This document shows positions 37,336 through 46,913 of a stretch of DNA of 64,000 bases, piece by piece. The stretch is from the NCBI GenBank assembly GCA_902634765.1, contig CACPLH010000005.1, positions 10,015-74,014 of the forward strand, in the 5' to 3' direction. Within the stretch, counting starts at the first letter, position 1; each line of letters opens with the position of its first letter. A program made the translations under genes and the position numbers. The notes under the pieces are model-generated. The model did not search any database and was not told the origin of the DNA. It was given only the letters and a program-made list of their open reading frames with translations. This stretch comes from an uncultured Pelagibacteraceae bacterium. GTDB lineage: Bacteria > Pseudomonadota > Alphaproteobacteria > Pelagibacterales > AG-422-B15.

Positions 37336-39321
37336 CTAAGTTTGAAATCCAAGTTTTTGCTTCATCTGATTTGACCATTCAACCAAAAGCCTATCAGCCG
37401 TCAAACCAATAAACGCTACACATAAACCAATGATTAATCCTTTACCACCATCATTGAATGACAAGGCTCTAAATATTTCTTGAGATAAATCTACAGTACC
37501 TATAAATCCAGCAATCATCACCATGAATAAGGCAAACATCAGAGTTTGATTAAGGCCTAATAGAATCTCAGGAAAAGCCAGAGGCATACGAACTTTCCAT
37601 AATATCTGTCGAGGAGTGCATCCCGAAGTTATTGCGGCCTCAATAATATGAGCTGGAACATTTCGTAGTCCAAAAATTGTATAACGAGTAATGGGAATTG
37701 ATGAATAAATAACTATTGCAAATATTGCCGACACATCACTTATTTGAAATAACATAACTGCGGGTAATAGGTATATGAAAGATGGAAAAGTTTGGAACGT
37801 ATCACATATATTTAAAACAATCTTTGTTCTACTTTCTTTTTTAGATGCCCAGATTCCTCCTGGAATACCAATCATTGCACATATAATAAGAGATACAAAA
37901 ACCATATATAATGTAATCATTGCTCTCACCCAATACCCAGACGTAGCAATAAATAAAACAAATAAAATAACTGTTAATGCAAGTTTGAATTTACCCAAAC
38001 GCCAGCCTACGCATCCAACAAGTGTAACTACCGCTATCCATGGTAAATACTGAAAAGCCGCTTTAGTTGGAACAAAAACATAGATTAATAGAAAATCTCT
38101 CAGAGCACCCAAGGGCTTGTACAATGAAGTTGTGATAAATTTAATCATAGCATCTAAATATCCAGACAATGATATGGTCATTTCCTTTGGAAGCTTCGCA
38201 GCCATTGGTGTTAAGTAAGCTAATAATATTGAGAAGAAAAATACGGCAATTGCAGCTGTAATGTAAGGATGACGGACCCAAAACGATCCTTCTTTCAAAC
38301 GTTCTGGTTCTTTCTGCGAAAAAGCCTGGCTATATCGATCAAGTGTAATTGCTATAAAAACCACAGCGACACCAATTTCAAATGCTTGACCAAGCCTTAA
38401 GTTTTGAAGCCTTGTTAAAAGATCATGTCCTAAACCTGCCTGTCCTATAAATGATGCAATAACGACCATTGCAAGACACTGCATAATAACTTGATTAATA
38501 CCAAGCATAATAGATGCACGAGCAGCAGGTAATTCAACTTTGAATAACATTTGCAACCTAGTACATCCTGCCATGATGCCTGCTTCAATAATTTCTGGTG
38601 ATACACCTTTCAATCCAAGTATCGTAAGACGGGTCATTGGGGGGAAAGCAAAAATAACTGTAGCTATAACTCCAGCTTTAGAGCCAATCCCAAAAAAAAT
38701 AGCGACCAGAATTAAATATGAAAAATGTGGAAGTGATTGAAGCACATTTAAAAATGGCCATACAAAACTATGAACTCTTTTTCTTTTAGCGGCTAAAATT
38801 CCTAGAGCTATTCCAATAATAGCTGCTAACGGTGTTGAAACTGCAATTGCAGATAAAGTCTTCATAGATAATTCCCAAATACCTCTCTGACTAAAAAGAG
38901 CTAGGTAAAAAAAACAGCCCCCACCTAGTAGCGCGAGTCTCCATCCTTTTAAGTACAGCCCAAGGACAATCGCAAGACCAAAAATCATGATCCAGGGCAT
39001 TGGCCCAATACCAGCATCAGCAAATCCTTTATGCAATATGGCTTCTGTAAAACCTAATAAGACATCCACTCCATCAGCAATTGAGCGGGTAAACTCTCTA
39101 AAAGTAAAAAGACCAAATATTTCATAACTTCTTAAAAATTGAATTCCATCATTAGTCCATTGAACAAATGGAATCATACCCTCTATTGTGCCGCATCCTC
39201 CAAGACAACTCTTTGGAGGTACCAATGACCACTTAGGTAAAAATGGTTTTAATGATATTAAAATTAAAAATGGTGCAAATATAAAAAAAAAACCAGACTT
39301 AAAGAAATTATTAATACTCAT
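37336..39321 (-). CDS. tmoV: ABC permease with two fused ProW-like modules
   Basis: Duplicated Q(S/T)xPxFxYL and EAA loops (IIEAGIMAG, IIEAAITSG); downstream of tmoX and tmoW. Confidence 0.78.
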   Translation of the reverse strand: MSINNFFKSGFFFIFAPFLILISLKPFLPKWSLVPPKSCLGGCGTIEGMIPFVQWTNDGIQFLRSYEIFGLFTFREFTRSIADGVDVLLGFTEAILHKGFADAGIGPMPWIMIFGLAIVLGLYLKGWRLALLGGGCFFYLALFSQRGIWELSMKTLSAIAVSTPLAAIIGIALGILAAKRKRVHSFVWPFLNVLQSLPHFSYLILVAIFFGIGSKAGVIATVIFAFPPMTRLTILGLKGVSPEIIEAGIMAGCTRLQMLFKVELPAARASIMLGINQVIMQCLAMVVIASFIGQAGLGHDLLTRLQNLRLGQAFEIGVAVVFIAITLDRYSQAFSQKEPERLKEGSFWVRHPYITAAIAVFFFSILLAYLTPMAAKLPKEMTISLSGYLDAMIKFITTSLYKPLGALRDFLLIYVFVPTKAAFQYLPWIAVVTLVGCVGWRLGKFKLALTVILFVLFIATSGYWVRAMITLYMVFVSLIICAMIGIPGGIWASKKESRTKIVLNICDTFQTFPSFIYLLPAVMLFQISDVSAIFAIVIYSSIPITRYTIFGLRNVPAHIIEAAITSGCTPRQILWKVRMPLAFPEILLGLNQTLMFALFMVMIAGFIGTVDLSQEIFRALSFNDGGKGLIIGLCVAFIGLTADRLLVEWSNQMKQKLGFQT

Positions 39322-40337
39322 TCTTTTTCAAATAGAACATTTACAATATCTTGTTTTGTAATACTGCCAACAACATTAGAGTTATCATCAGTTACTGCTG
39401 CTGGAGCGTTATTCATAAGAATTTCTTTTGCAATCTCAGCAACTTTTGCACTCTGAGATACTTTTATTTCAGCTCCCTCGACCTTTTGTTTATTCATTAT
39501 ACTTCCTACTGAAAGTAATTTTGCTCTTGGTATATCTTTTGTAAATTCTGCTACATAATCATTCGCAGGATTGGTAATTAATTCTTCTGCATTACCGACT
39601 TGAACAATATTGCCTTCATTCATAATCACGATTCGATCTGCTAATCTTATCGCCTCATCAAAATCGTGGGTGATAAATACAATTGTTTTTTGAAGCATAC
39701 TTTGCAGTCTTAAAAATTCATTTTGCATTTCTTTTCTGATTAACGGATCTAATGCGGAAAAAGGTTCATCTAAAAACCATACATCAGGCTCAACTGCCAA
39801 TGATCGAGCAAGGCCTACTCTTTGCTGCTGGCCTCCAGAAAGCTCTCTTGGATAATATTTTTCTCGTCCTTCCAGTCCTACAAGCTTTATTACATCTTCA
39901 GCGCGCGACTCCCTTTTATCACGGTCAATACCTTGAACTTCCAGAGGAAAGGCAACATTTTGAAGAACTGTTCTATGTGGAAGTAAAGCAAAATGCTGGA
40001 AGACCATTCCCATTTTATGCCTTCTAATCTCAATCAATTCTTTTTGAGAAGTTTTAATCAAATCTTTTCCTTCAAAAAAAACTTGTCCATGAGTTGGCTC
40101 AATTAACTTTGACATGCAACGCAGCAAGGTAGATTTTCCTGAGCCACTTAAGCCCATAATGACTAATATTTCCCCAGTCATTACATCAATATTTGCATCA
40201 CGAACTGCTGGAATATACTTCTCAGACCTTATTAAATTTGATGAAGGATTAAAATCATTTGCCGCAAGAAACTTTTCAGGATTCTCACCATATAGTTTCC
40301 AAATATTTTTACATGAGATTTTTACATTATCATTCAT
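39318..40337 (-). CDS. tmoW: ProV-like ABC ATPase of the TMAO/betaine transporter
   Basis: MGLSGSGKST, LSGGQQQRVG and DEPFSALDPLIR motifs; C-terminal CBS-like region. Confidence 0.8.
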   Translation of the reverse strand: MNDNVKISCKNIWKLYGENPEKFLAANDFNPSSNLIRSEKYIPAVRDANIDVMTGEILVIMGLSGSGKSTLLRCMSKLIEPTHGQVFFEGKDLIKTSQKELIEIRRHKMGMVFQHFALLPHRTVLQNVAFPLEVQGIDRDKRESRAEDVIKLVGLEGREKYYPRELSGGQQQRVGLARSLAVEPDVWFLDEPFSALDPLIRKEMQNEFLRLQSMLQKTIVFITHDFDEAIRLADRIVIMNEGNIVQVGNAEELITNPANDYVAEFTKDIPRAKLLSVGSIMNKQKVEGAEIKVSQSAKVAEIAKEILMNNAPAAVTDDNSNVVGSITKQDIVNVLFEKE

Positions 40338-40364
40338 AAATCTAGAGAAAGAGTATCATATTTT

Positions 40365-40399
40365 AAAAAAAAACGAACCAGCAACAAGCTGGTTCGTTT
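40365..40399 (-). terminator. Intrinsic terminator or stabilising hairpin between tmoX and tmoW
   Basis: AAACGAACCAGC-N5-GCTGGTTCGTTT with a T-run following on the minus strand. Confidence 0.8.
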
Positions 40400-40445
40400 A
40401 ATTTCTTTCTTTAAAACTAAGGAAATTAGTAAGTTCTAAAAAGTA

Positions 40446-41390
40446 TTAATTTACCCAGTTAGACCATTTAGACTCATGTTCATCTAACCACTTTTGAGCG
40501 GCAGCTGGAACTTCTAAGCCATCAGTATCAACATAGTTGGCCATTTTATCAATATCAGGGCCAGAAAAGTTCATCTGCTTTAATACTTTGTATCCAGCAG
40601 GATGGTTTTTGCTAAAGTCTTTGTTAACTGCAAGTTTTAAGTATCCACTTGCTGGGTTACCACAGTCATAAAGAGCATTTGGATTTACACCCCATGATGC
40701 ATCAGTTGTACATTTAGGATCATGAGTTGGAAACTCAACAAATTTTCCTGGGTACTTCGCACCAATAAAGTTTGGACTCCAGTTAAAGATTACTACAGGC
40801 TTATTTTGAGCAACACCTGCATCTAATTCAGCCCAGATTGCTCCAGCTGAACCTGCGTTTCTAACTTCAAAGTTCATGCCTAAAGCTTCAACTTTTTCCG
40901 CATCATGTTTTAACCAGTCAACTGGACCACCGATAAATACACCTTTGCCTCCAGAGTCAGCTCTTGCAAACTGATCTGAGCATGCATTTAATGCTTCCCA
41001 TGAAGGTAAGCCAGGGCAAGTTTCTTCAACAAAATTTGGATACCACCAATCTTCTCTTGTAACAGCATCATGAGTTAAGATTTCTTCTACGTTTCCAGTA
41101 GCAAGAGACTTCTCGTAAGATGCACCGAATGCACCCTCCCAAATCTCATGAACTAAATCAATATCTCCATCAGCCATTGATTGATAAACAGTTTGGCTAT
41201 CCATTGGAATGTATTCAATTTCCTCGCCAACCATTTTCAACAACTCGCCAACTACTTCAGCGCCAACAAGTTGGCTTGACCAGTTGTGAGTAGGAATTTT
41301 AACAACTCCACTTTTATCTGCACTAGCTGTTCCAAGTGAAATACCTGTAACAATTAAAAAAGCAGATAAAAAACTTATCATTTTTTTCAT
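40446..41390 (-). CDS. tmoX: TMAO ABC transporter substrate-binding protein
   Basis: IPTHNWSSQ, EIWEGAFG, HDAVTREDWWYP, GPVDWLKH and YDCGNP match TmoX as recalled; adjacent to tdm. Confidence 0.87.
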   Translation of the reverse strand: MKKMISFLSAFLIVTGISLGTASADKSGVVKIPTHNWSSQLVGAEVVGELLKMVGEEIEYIPMDSQTVYQSMADGDIDLVHEIWEGAFGASYEKSLATGNVEEILTHDAVTREDWWYPNFVEETCPGLPSWEALNACSDQFARADSGGKGVFIGGPVDWLKHDAEKVEALGMNFEVRNAGSAGAIWAELDAGVAQNKPVVIFNWSPNFIGAKYPGKFVEFPTHDPKCTTDASWGVNPNALYDCGNPASGYLKLAVNKDFSKNHPAGYKVLKQMNFSGPDIDKMANYVDTDGLEVPAAAQKWLDEHESKWSNWVN

Positions 41391-41550
41391 TATTTATTCT
41401 CCTAGATTTGTAATATTTAATTAATCCTACAAATATTATACGCACATATTGTTACTAATCTGAAATGAAAATTTTATAATTCTTCTTATCAATACCTAGA
41501 TGTTGATAAACTAATAAAAGCACATACTACTGGTAGATATATTTTTCTTT

Positions 41551-43908
41551 TTATGCTTTTACTCTGCTTTTTGTGGGGTCATAAAATGGAAACTCAATTA
41601 TCTTAGCTTTCAATCTTCTTTGATGACCATCAAGCTTTCCCACTTCAACTTCAGTACCTATTTCTGATGAATGAACGTCTATTCGACAAAATGCAATATT
41701 CTTATCGAGAGTTGGAGAAATCATACCACTCGTAATAACGCCAATCTGTCCTTTTCCGATGTGAACACAATCTCCATGACCGCATCTTTCATTGCCTTCG
41801 ATTTCAAGACCCACTAATTTTCGATGAGGATTCTCTTTTCTTCTGATCAAAGCATCACGACCGATAAAATTTGCGTCTTTTGATTTAAGTGGAACCGTAA
41901 ATGAAATACCTGCCTCAAAAGGATCTGTCTCGTCGCTAAATTCGTTTCCTCCTAAGATCAATCCTGCTTCAATTCTAAGCATATCCAAAGCATCAAAGCC
42001 CATTGGGACTATATCATATTCTTGTCCAGCTTCCCAAATTGCATCCCACACTGCAGGAGCGTCTTTTGGATGACAATAAACTTCATATCCAAGCTCCCCT
42101 GTATAACCAGTTCGAGACAACATTACCGGTATGCCCTGATGATCGTTCAATCTGCTGATATTAAAATGAAACCATTTCAAATCCTCAATTCCAGGACTTG
42201 CAGGTGTCGTCCACATTATTTTTGATAAAACTTTACGACTGTTTGGACCCTGAACCGAAAGGTTGTGTAATTGATCCGTAGAAGATTTAACTGAAGCTCT
42301 CAAATTTAATTTTAAAGCTAATTCACGTAACCATTCTCCAGAATAATCACTTCCACCAATCCATCGAAAGTTGGTGTCTCCCAGTCTAAAAAGTGTTCCA
42401 TCATCGATCATTGTTCCATTTTCATAACACATTGCTGTGTATACAACTTGGCCTACTGATAATTTCTTCACATTTCTCGTTAATGCAGTATTCATTAGCT
42501 CTTCTGCATCGGGACCAATAACTTCAAACTTTTTTAGTGATGATAGGTCCATCATAACAACATTATTTCGACAGGCGGTGTACTCCGCTACGGTTCCATG
42601 ATTGTCATATTTTCGAGGAATCCAAACACCAGCGAATTCAATGTAATCTTTTGTCAACTTTGAGGTTCTGTCGTGAAAACCTGTTTGAGTTGTTAAATCT
42701 ATATCTGCTTCCACACTCTTTCGATATCCTATTGCTTTAGAGAAAAAATTCTCCTTAGAGTAAATTCTAACGCAAATATCTGTCGGGTTCCAGTCATTAG
42801 CTGCATCAATGTCACAAGGGCAAGCGGACGACAAAGAGACTAAGTTCTTTTGTGCTTGAAAGAGAACATAATTTCCTGGTACTGACCACGGTACATCAAA
42901 AAAGAAAACATTTGTTGCATCAAGACCAGTATTAAAAAATAGATTAATAGCCTGCCAAGCTCTTCTCTTTTCTACACCGTAGGCATCCAATGCCTTGTTA
43001 AAATTATCTGAACAATTTGCATGACCAAAATAACCTACATCTTCATAGTATTTTGAGCTGCATGCATTTCCAAAAGTATCATGCCTGCCACAAGTATCTT
43101 GAATGACTTCAACTAACGCATCTTGATCCTGATCAAAGTATTTTGAAAATAGTCCTGGTACAGCATAATTCATTCCAATAATACTTCTTGTGACCATTGG
43201 ATCTATCGACAGCTCTTTTCCTTTTTCTAATTTTAAAGAATCAAAAACTTGAAAATCAGAACACTGTCTGCCATATAAATCAATCACTTGAATAAAATCA
43301 CCTGCCTCAACTTCATATGATATTGCTGTACTGTTATCGACAATAAACTCTTCTTTAATCTCTGCTAAAGGAGGGGGTAAATAATAATTAGCTTTGTTAT
43401 TAGTTTTATTTAGCCTTTTAATTTTAACCTCTAAATCAGTTGGTGGATTTTGACTATCAACTGACATATCAGTACCGGGGGCAGCAATAATAATGAATCC
43501 ATCATTTTCACAGGTAAACTCTTCAACTGTTCCAGCAATTGTCTCTTGATCAAACAGATTAATTGAATGGGCTTTATGAAAATCAATATTTTTCTTCTTT
43601 AATTTTGATAATAAATAATCTTTTTCTGATTTATTCGATAATACTTCTTTAGCAAAAATAGCATCACCATTACTTTTCGATCCAATTGATTCTGGTGAAG
43701 ACTTTCCCGCACTATCAAAAACAACAACTTCAGCTTTTTGACTTCCTTCAACATTTTTAATTGAAATATGGTCACCCTTAAAGAACTCAATTCCAGTCAG
43801 CCCCATGGCTTTTGCTACATAGCGCTCAACTCCATCTGGAAGACCTATGACTCCAGCATCATAAGGGTTTGTTTTTCTTACGTTAAAATTTTCTAAATTA
43901 ATATCCAT
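41551..43908 (-). CDS. tdm: TMAO demethylase (DUF1989 + GcvT-like)
   Basis: 785 aa; GRQCSDF, DTCGRHDTFGNAC, GHANCSDNF, ACPCDID; C-terminal aminomethyltransferase SRTGYTGELGYE. Confidence 0.9.
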   Translation of the reverse strand: MDINLENFNVRKTNPYDAGVIGLPDGVERYVAKAMGLTGIEFFKGDHISIKNVEGSQKAEVVVFDSAGKSSPESIGSKSNGDAIFAKEVLSNKSEKDYLLSKLKKKNIDFHKAHSINLFDQETIAGTVEEFTCENDGFIIIAAPGTDMSVDSQNPPTDLEVKIKRLNKTNNKANYYLPPPLAEIKEEFIVDNSTAISYEVEAGDFIQVIDLYGRQCSDFQVFDSLKLEKGKELSIDPMVTRSIIGMNYAVPGLFSKYFDQDQDALVEVIQDTCGRHDTFGNACSSKYYEDVGYFGHANCSDNFNKALDAYGVEKRRAWQAINLFFNTGLDATNVFFFDVPWSVPGNYVLFQAQKNLVSLSSACPCDIDAANDWNPTDICVRIYSKENFFSKAIGYRKSVEADIDLTTQTGFHDRTSKLTKDYIEFAGVWIPRKYDNHGTVAEYTACRNNVVMMDLSSLKKFEVIGPDAEELMNTALTRNVKKLSVGQVVYTAMCYENGTMIDDGTLFRLGDTNFRWIGGSDYSGEWLRELALKLNLRASVKSSTDQLHNLSVQGPNSRKVLSKIMWTTPASPGIEDLKWFHFNISRLNDHQGIPVMLSRTGYTGELGYEVYCHPKDAPAVWDAIWEAGQEYDIVPMGFDALDMLRIEAGLILGGNEFSDETDPFEAGISFTVPLKSKDANFIGRDALIRRKENPHRKLVGLEIEGNERCGHGDCVHIGKGQIGVITSGMISPTLDKNIAFCRIDVHSSEIGTEVEVGKLDGHQRRLKAKIIEFPFYDPTKSRVKA

Positions 43909-44000
43909 TTATATCGTCAAGCATACATCAAATTTGAATTGACAACTATCGCGAAGTAAGAAAAATGCTAATTATTAGATTTAAAATTTAGGATTAAATA

Positions 44001-45344
44001 ATGTCGATACCTGATAAAGCTGATTATGTAATTATCGGTGCTGGAATTCACGGACTAAGCACGGCCTACCATTTGGCTGCAAAATTAAAAGCACAAGGGA
44101 AAGGCGATGGAAGTAAAATCTTAATTATTGAAAAAGACTCAATTGCTGCAGGAGCAACTGGGGTTGCATGTGGCGTGGTAAGAAATAATTATTTTCAACC
44201 TGCAATGAGAGAGTTAATGGCGCACTCAGTAGAAGTTTGGGAAACAGACCCTAAAGCATATCATTATCACAGTGTTGGTTATATGCAGATCAGTCCAGAG
44301 TGTATGGAAGAAGATGTTACTTCCATATATGAACAACAAAAAAATATTGGATACGACTCAGAGTTCATTCAAGGAAAAGAAGATTCTGAAAAATATATGA
44401 AATCAATGTTTGGTGATTGGCAAGCAAAAGGAATTACGAGCGTGCTTCATGAAAAAAGAGGAGGTTATGCTAATAATACATCTGCTATGTATGGTTTAGC
44501 TGATAAGGCTGAACATGAAGGTGTAAGACTTTTAACAGGGGTTACAGTTAAAGGTTTTCAATATGGTTCAAACTCTGATGCCGTAACTGCTGTGGACACT
44601 GATAAAGGATCAATAAAGTGCGATCAAGTTATAATCGGTGCAGGTCCTTGGGCACAATCATTTTGGAATATGCTAGAGCTACCAAAAGAAGTTAGTATTA
44701 AAAGCAATGGAACAGTTCATGAAAATATTCCCATGTGGCAATACTGGTTTTTAGTTGAAGGAGTTCTCAACGTTGATCCAAATTTCTTAAAAACTGAAGA
44801 TGGGAACATGCCTCCTGTCATTCATGTTGATACTGACGCACCTCTTTATTCTGATGTCGATAAATCTCTAATCACAGATAAATTATGGGGAATTTATTAT
44901 AAGCCTGATTTTCATTTTGGAGGAATTCAAGGTGGGGCTTCTCCTTATAAAGTAGGTAAGCCTGGTGGAGCTGGAATAGAAGTAGATCCTTATGGACCAT
45001 CATCTAAAAACTTTGTGATTGATGATAACTTTGCCCATATGTGGACTTCTGCACTAGCGTTCTGCCATAAAAGATTTGAGGGAAAATCGCACTTGTTTAA
45101 GAAAGGTGCTACTGGTGGACTAGGATGTTTTACTCCTGATTCTTTTCCTGTATTTGATCAATTTAGAGAAAATGTTTACATGATTGCTGACTCAAATCAT
45201 GGATATAAAATGTTAGGCGTAGGAAAGCTTGTTGCCGATGAAATCCTTGGTGAAAAAAGTAGCTTATTAGAACCATTCAGATACTCAAGATATGAAGAAG
45301 GCAAGCTACACCCTACATCAAACAGTCCCTTTCCTTGGAGTTGA
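44001..45344 (+). CDS. FAD-dependent oxidoreductase (DAO/monomeric sarcosine oxidase-like), tdm-linked
   Basis: GAGIHGLSTAYHL, GATGVACGVVRNNY, DSNHGYKM and terminal SNSPFPWS. Confidence 0.8.
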   Translation: MSIPDKADYVIIGAGIHGLSTAYHLAAKLKAQGKGDGSKILIIEKDSIAAGATGVACGVVRNNYFQPAMRELMAHSVEVWETDPKAYHYHSVGYMQISPECMEEDVTSIYEQQKNIGYDSEFIQGKEDSEKYMKSMFGDWQAKGITSVLHEKRGGYANNTSAMYGLADKAEHEGVRLLTGVTVKGFQYGSNSDAVTAVDTDKGSIKCDQVIIGAGPWAQSFWNMLELPKEVSIKSNGTVHENIPMWQYWFLVEGVLNVDPNFLKTEDGNMPPVIHVDTDAPLYSDVDKSLITDKLWGIYYKPDFHFGGIQGGASPYKVGKPGGAGIEVDPYGPSSKNFVIDDNFAHMWTSALAFCHKRFEGKSHLFKKGATGGLGCFTPDSFPVFDQFRENVYMIADSNHGYKMLGVGKLVADEILGEKSSLLEPFRYSRYEEGKLHPTSNSPFPWS

Positions 45345-45386
45345 GCAAAATCGTTCTATATAATTAAACTTTAAAGGTTATTTGTT

Positions 45387-46643
45387 TTGAAAAAATACTC
45401 AGTATTCAGTCTGGTTAAAAATGCTCTCAATCATCATAAAGATTGGGATGTTGCTTGGAGAGATCCTGAGCCAAAAAAAGAATATGAAGCAGTTATCATT
45501 GGTGGCGGTGGTCATGGATTAGCGACTGCTTATTATTTAGCAAAATATTACGATCTAAAAAATATCGCTATCCTAGAAAAAGGTTGGATTGGCGGGGGAA
45601 ACGTTGGAAGAAATACCACGATTTTAAGATCTAATTATATGCATGATGCCAATAACTTGTTCTATGAACAAGGAATGCAAATGTGGAAAGACCTGAGTCA
45701 GGAATTAAATTATAATGTAATGTATTCACCCAGAGGAATACTAAATCTTGCTCACTCAGATGCTCAATTAAACACTTACGCTAGAAGAGGAAATTCAATG
45801 AGGTTGAATGGGATTGATGCAGTACTTCTTGGAAGAGAAGAGGTAAGAAAGATGATTCCATTTGCAGATTTTACTGAGAATGCTCGATTCCCGATTTTTG
45901 GAGGGCTTCTTCAGCCAATTGGTGGAACGGCAAGACATGATGCAGTTGCATGGGGATACGCAAGGGCAGCTGATGACATGGGAGTAGACATAATACAACA
46001 TTGTGAAGTAAACGGTTTTGATATTGAGAATGGCAAAGTCATTGGAGTACAAACATCAAAAGGTAATATCAAAACAAATAAAGTTGGGCTTTGTGTTGCA
46101 GGAAGTACTTCCATACTAGCTGAAAAATTAAATATGACTCTTCCAATTGAGGCTCATGTTTTACAAGCTTGCGTTTCAGAGCCGGTGAAACCTCTGCTTG
46201 ATGGAGTTGTAACATTTGGCGCTGGTCATTTTTATTGCAGTCAATCTGATAAAGGTGAAATGGTTATGGGTGGAGATTTAGATGGATATAATAGTTATGC
46301 CCAAAGAGGAAATTTGCCTACGATCCAACATGTTCTAACTGAAGGTGTCGCACTTTTTCCGAATTTAAGTCGATTAAAGATATTACGAACATGGGGTGGG
46401 ATTATGGATATGTCCATGGACGGTTCTCCTATAATTGATAAAACTCACATTGATGGCGTCTACTTAAATTGTGGTTGGTGCTATGGTGGCTTTAAAGCAA
46501 CACCAGTTTCAGGGCTGACTTTTGCTCATACCATTGCCTGTAATGAACCTCATGAATTAAATGTTCCATTTAAATTAGATCGATTCCATACAGGACACTT
46601 AATTGACGAAAAAGGTCTCGGAACAAAAACCTGGATTAGTTAA
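45387..46643 (+). CDS. soxB: Heterotetrameric sarcosine oxidase/N-methylglutamate dehydrogenase beta subunit
   Basis: GGGGHGLATAYYLA, GGGNVGRNTTILRSNY, ARHDAVAWGY, GWCYGGFKATP; TTG start. Confidence 0.88.
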   Translation: MKKYSVFSLVKNALNHHKDWDVAWRDPEPKKEYEAVIIGGGGHGLATAYYLAKYYDLKNIAILEKGWIGGGNVGRNTTILRSNYMHDANNLFYEQGMQMWKDLSQELNYNVMYSPRGILNLAHSDAQLNTYARRGNSMRLNGIDAVLLGREEVRKMIPFADFTENARFPIFGGLLQPIGGTARHDAVAWGYARAADDMGVDIIQHCEVNGFDIENGKVIGVQTSKGNIKTNKVGLCVAGSTSILAEKLNMTLPIEAHVLQACVSEPVKPLLDGVVTFGAGHFYCSQSDKGEMVMGGDLDGYNSYAQRGNLPTIQHVLTEGVALFPNLSRLKILRTWGGIMDMSMDGSPIIDKTHIDGVYLNCGWCYGGFKATPVSGLTFAHTIACNEPHELNVPFKLDRFHTGHLIDEKGLGTKTWIS

Positions 46644-46645
46644 TT

Positions 46646-46912
46646 ATGCTTGAAATAAAATGTCCATATTGTGGAAATAGGTCTCAAAATGAATTTGCCT
46701 ATGGTGGAGATGCAACTGTTAAGAGGCCAGAATTAAACACTGAAGTTTCAGATCAAGATTGGGACAATTTCGTTTATTATCGTAAGAATCCAAGAGGTAA
46801 TCACTTAGAACTATGGCATCATATATCAGGATGTCGTCAATGGTTTAAAGTCCTGCGAAACACAGCTACTCACGATATTATTCAAACGATGGAAATGAAA
46901 GAAAACCCCTAA
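46646..46912 (+). CDS. soxD: Sarcosine oxidase delta subunit
   Basis: CPYCG and ELWHHISGCRQW Zn motifs. Confidence 0.9.
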   Translation: MLEIKCPYCGNRSQNEFAYGGDATVKRPELNTEVSDQDWDNFVYYRKNPRGNHLELWHHISGCRQWFKVLRNTATHDIIQTMEMKENP

Positions 46913-46913
46913 A

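Noticed and set aside
41486-41509. Imperfect inverted repeat TTATCAATA-N6-TGTTGATAA upstream of tmoX
   Set aside because: AT-rich, one mismatch, no second copy found and no cognate regulator nearby; too weak to call
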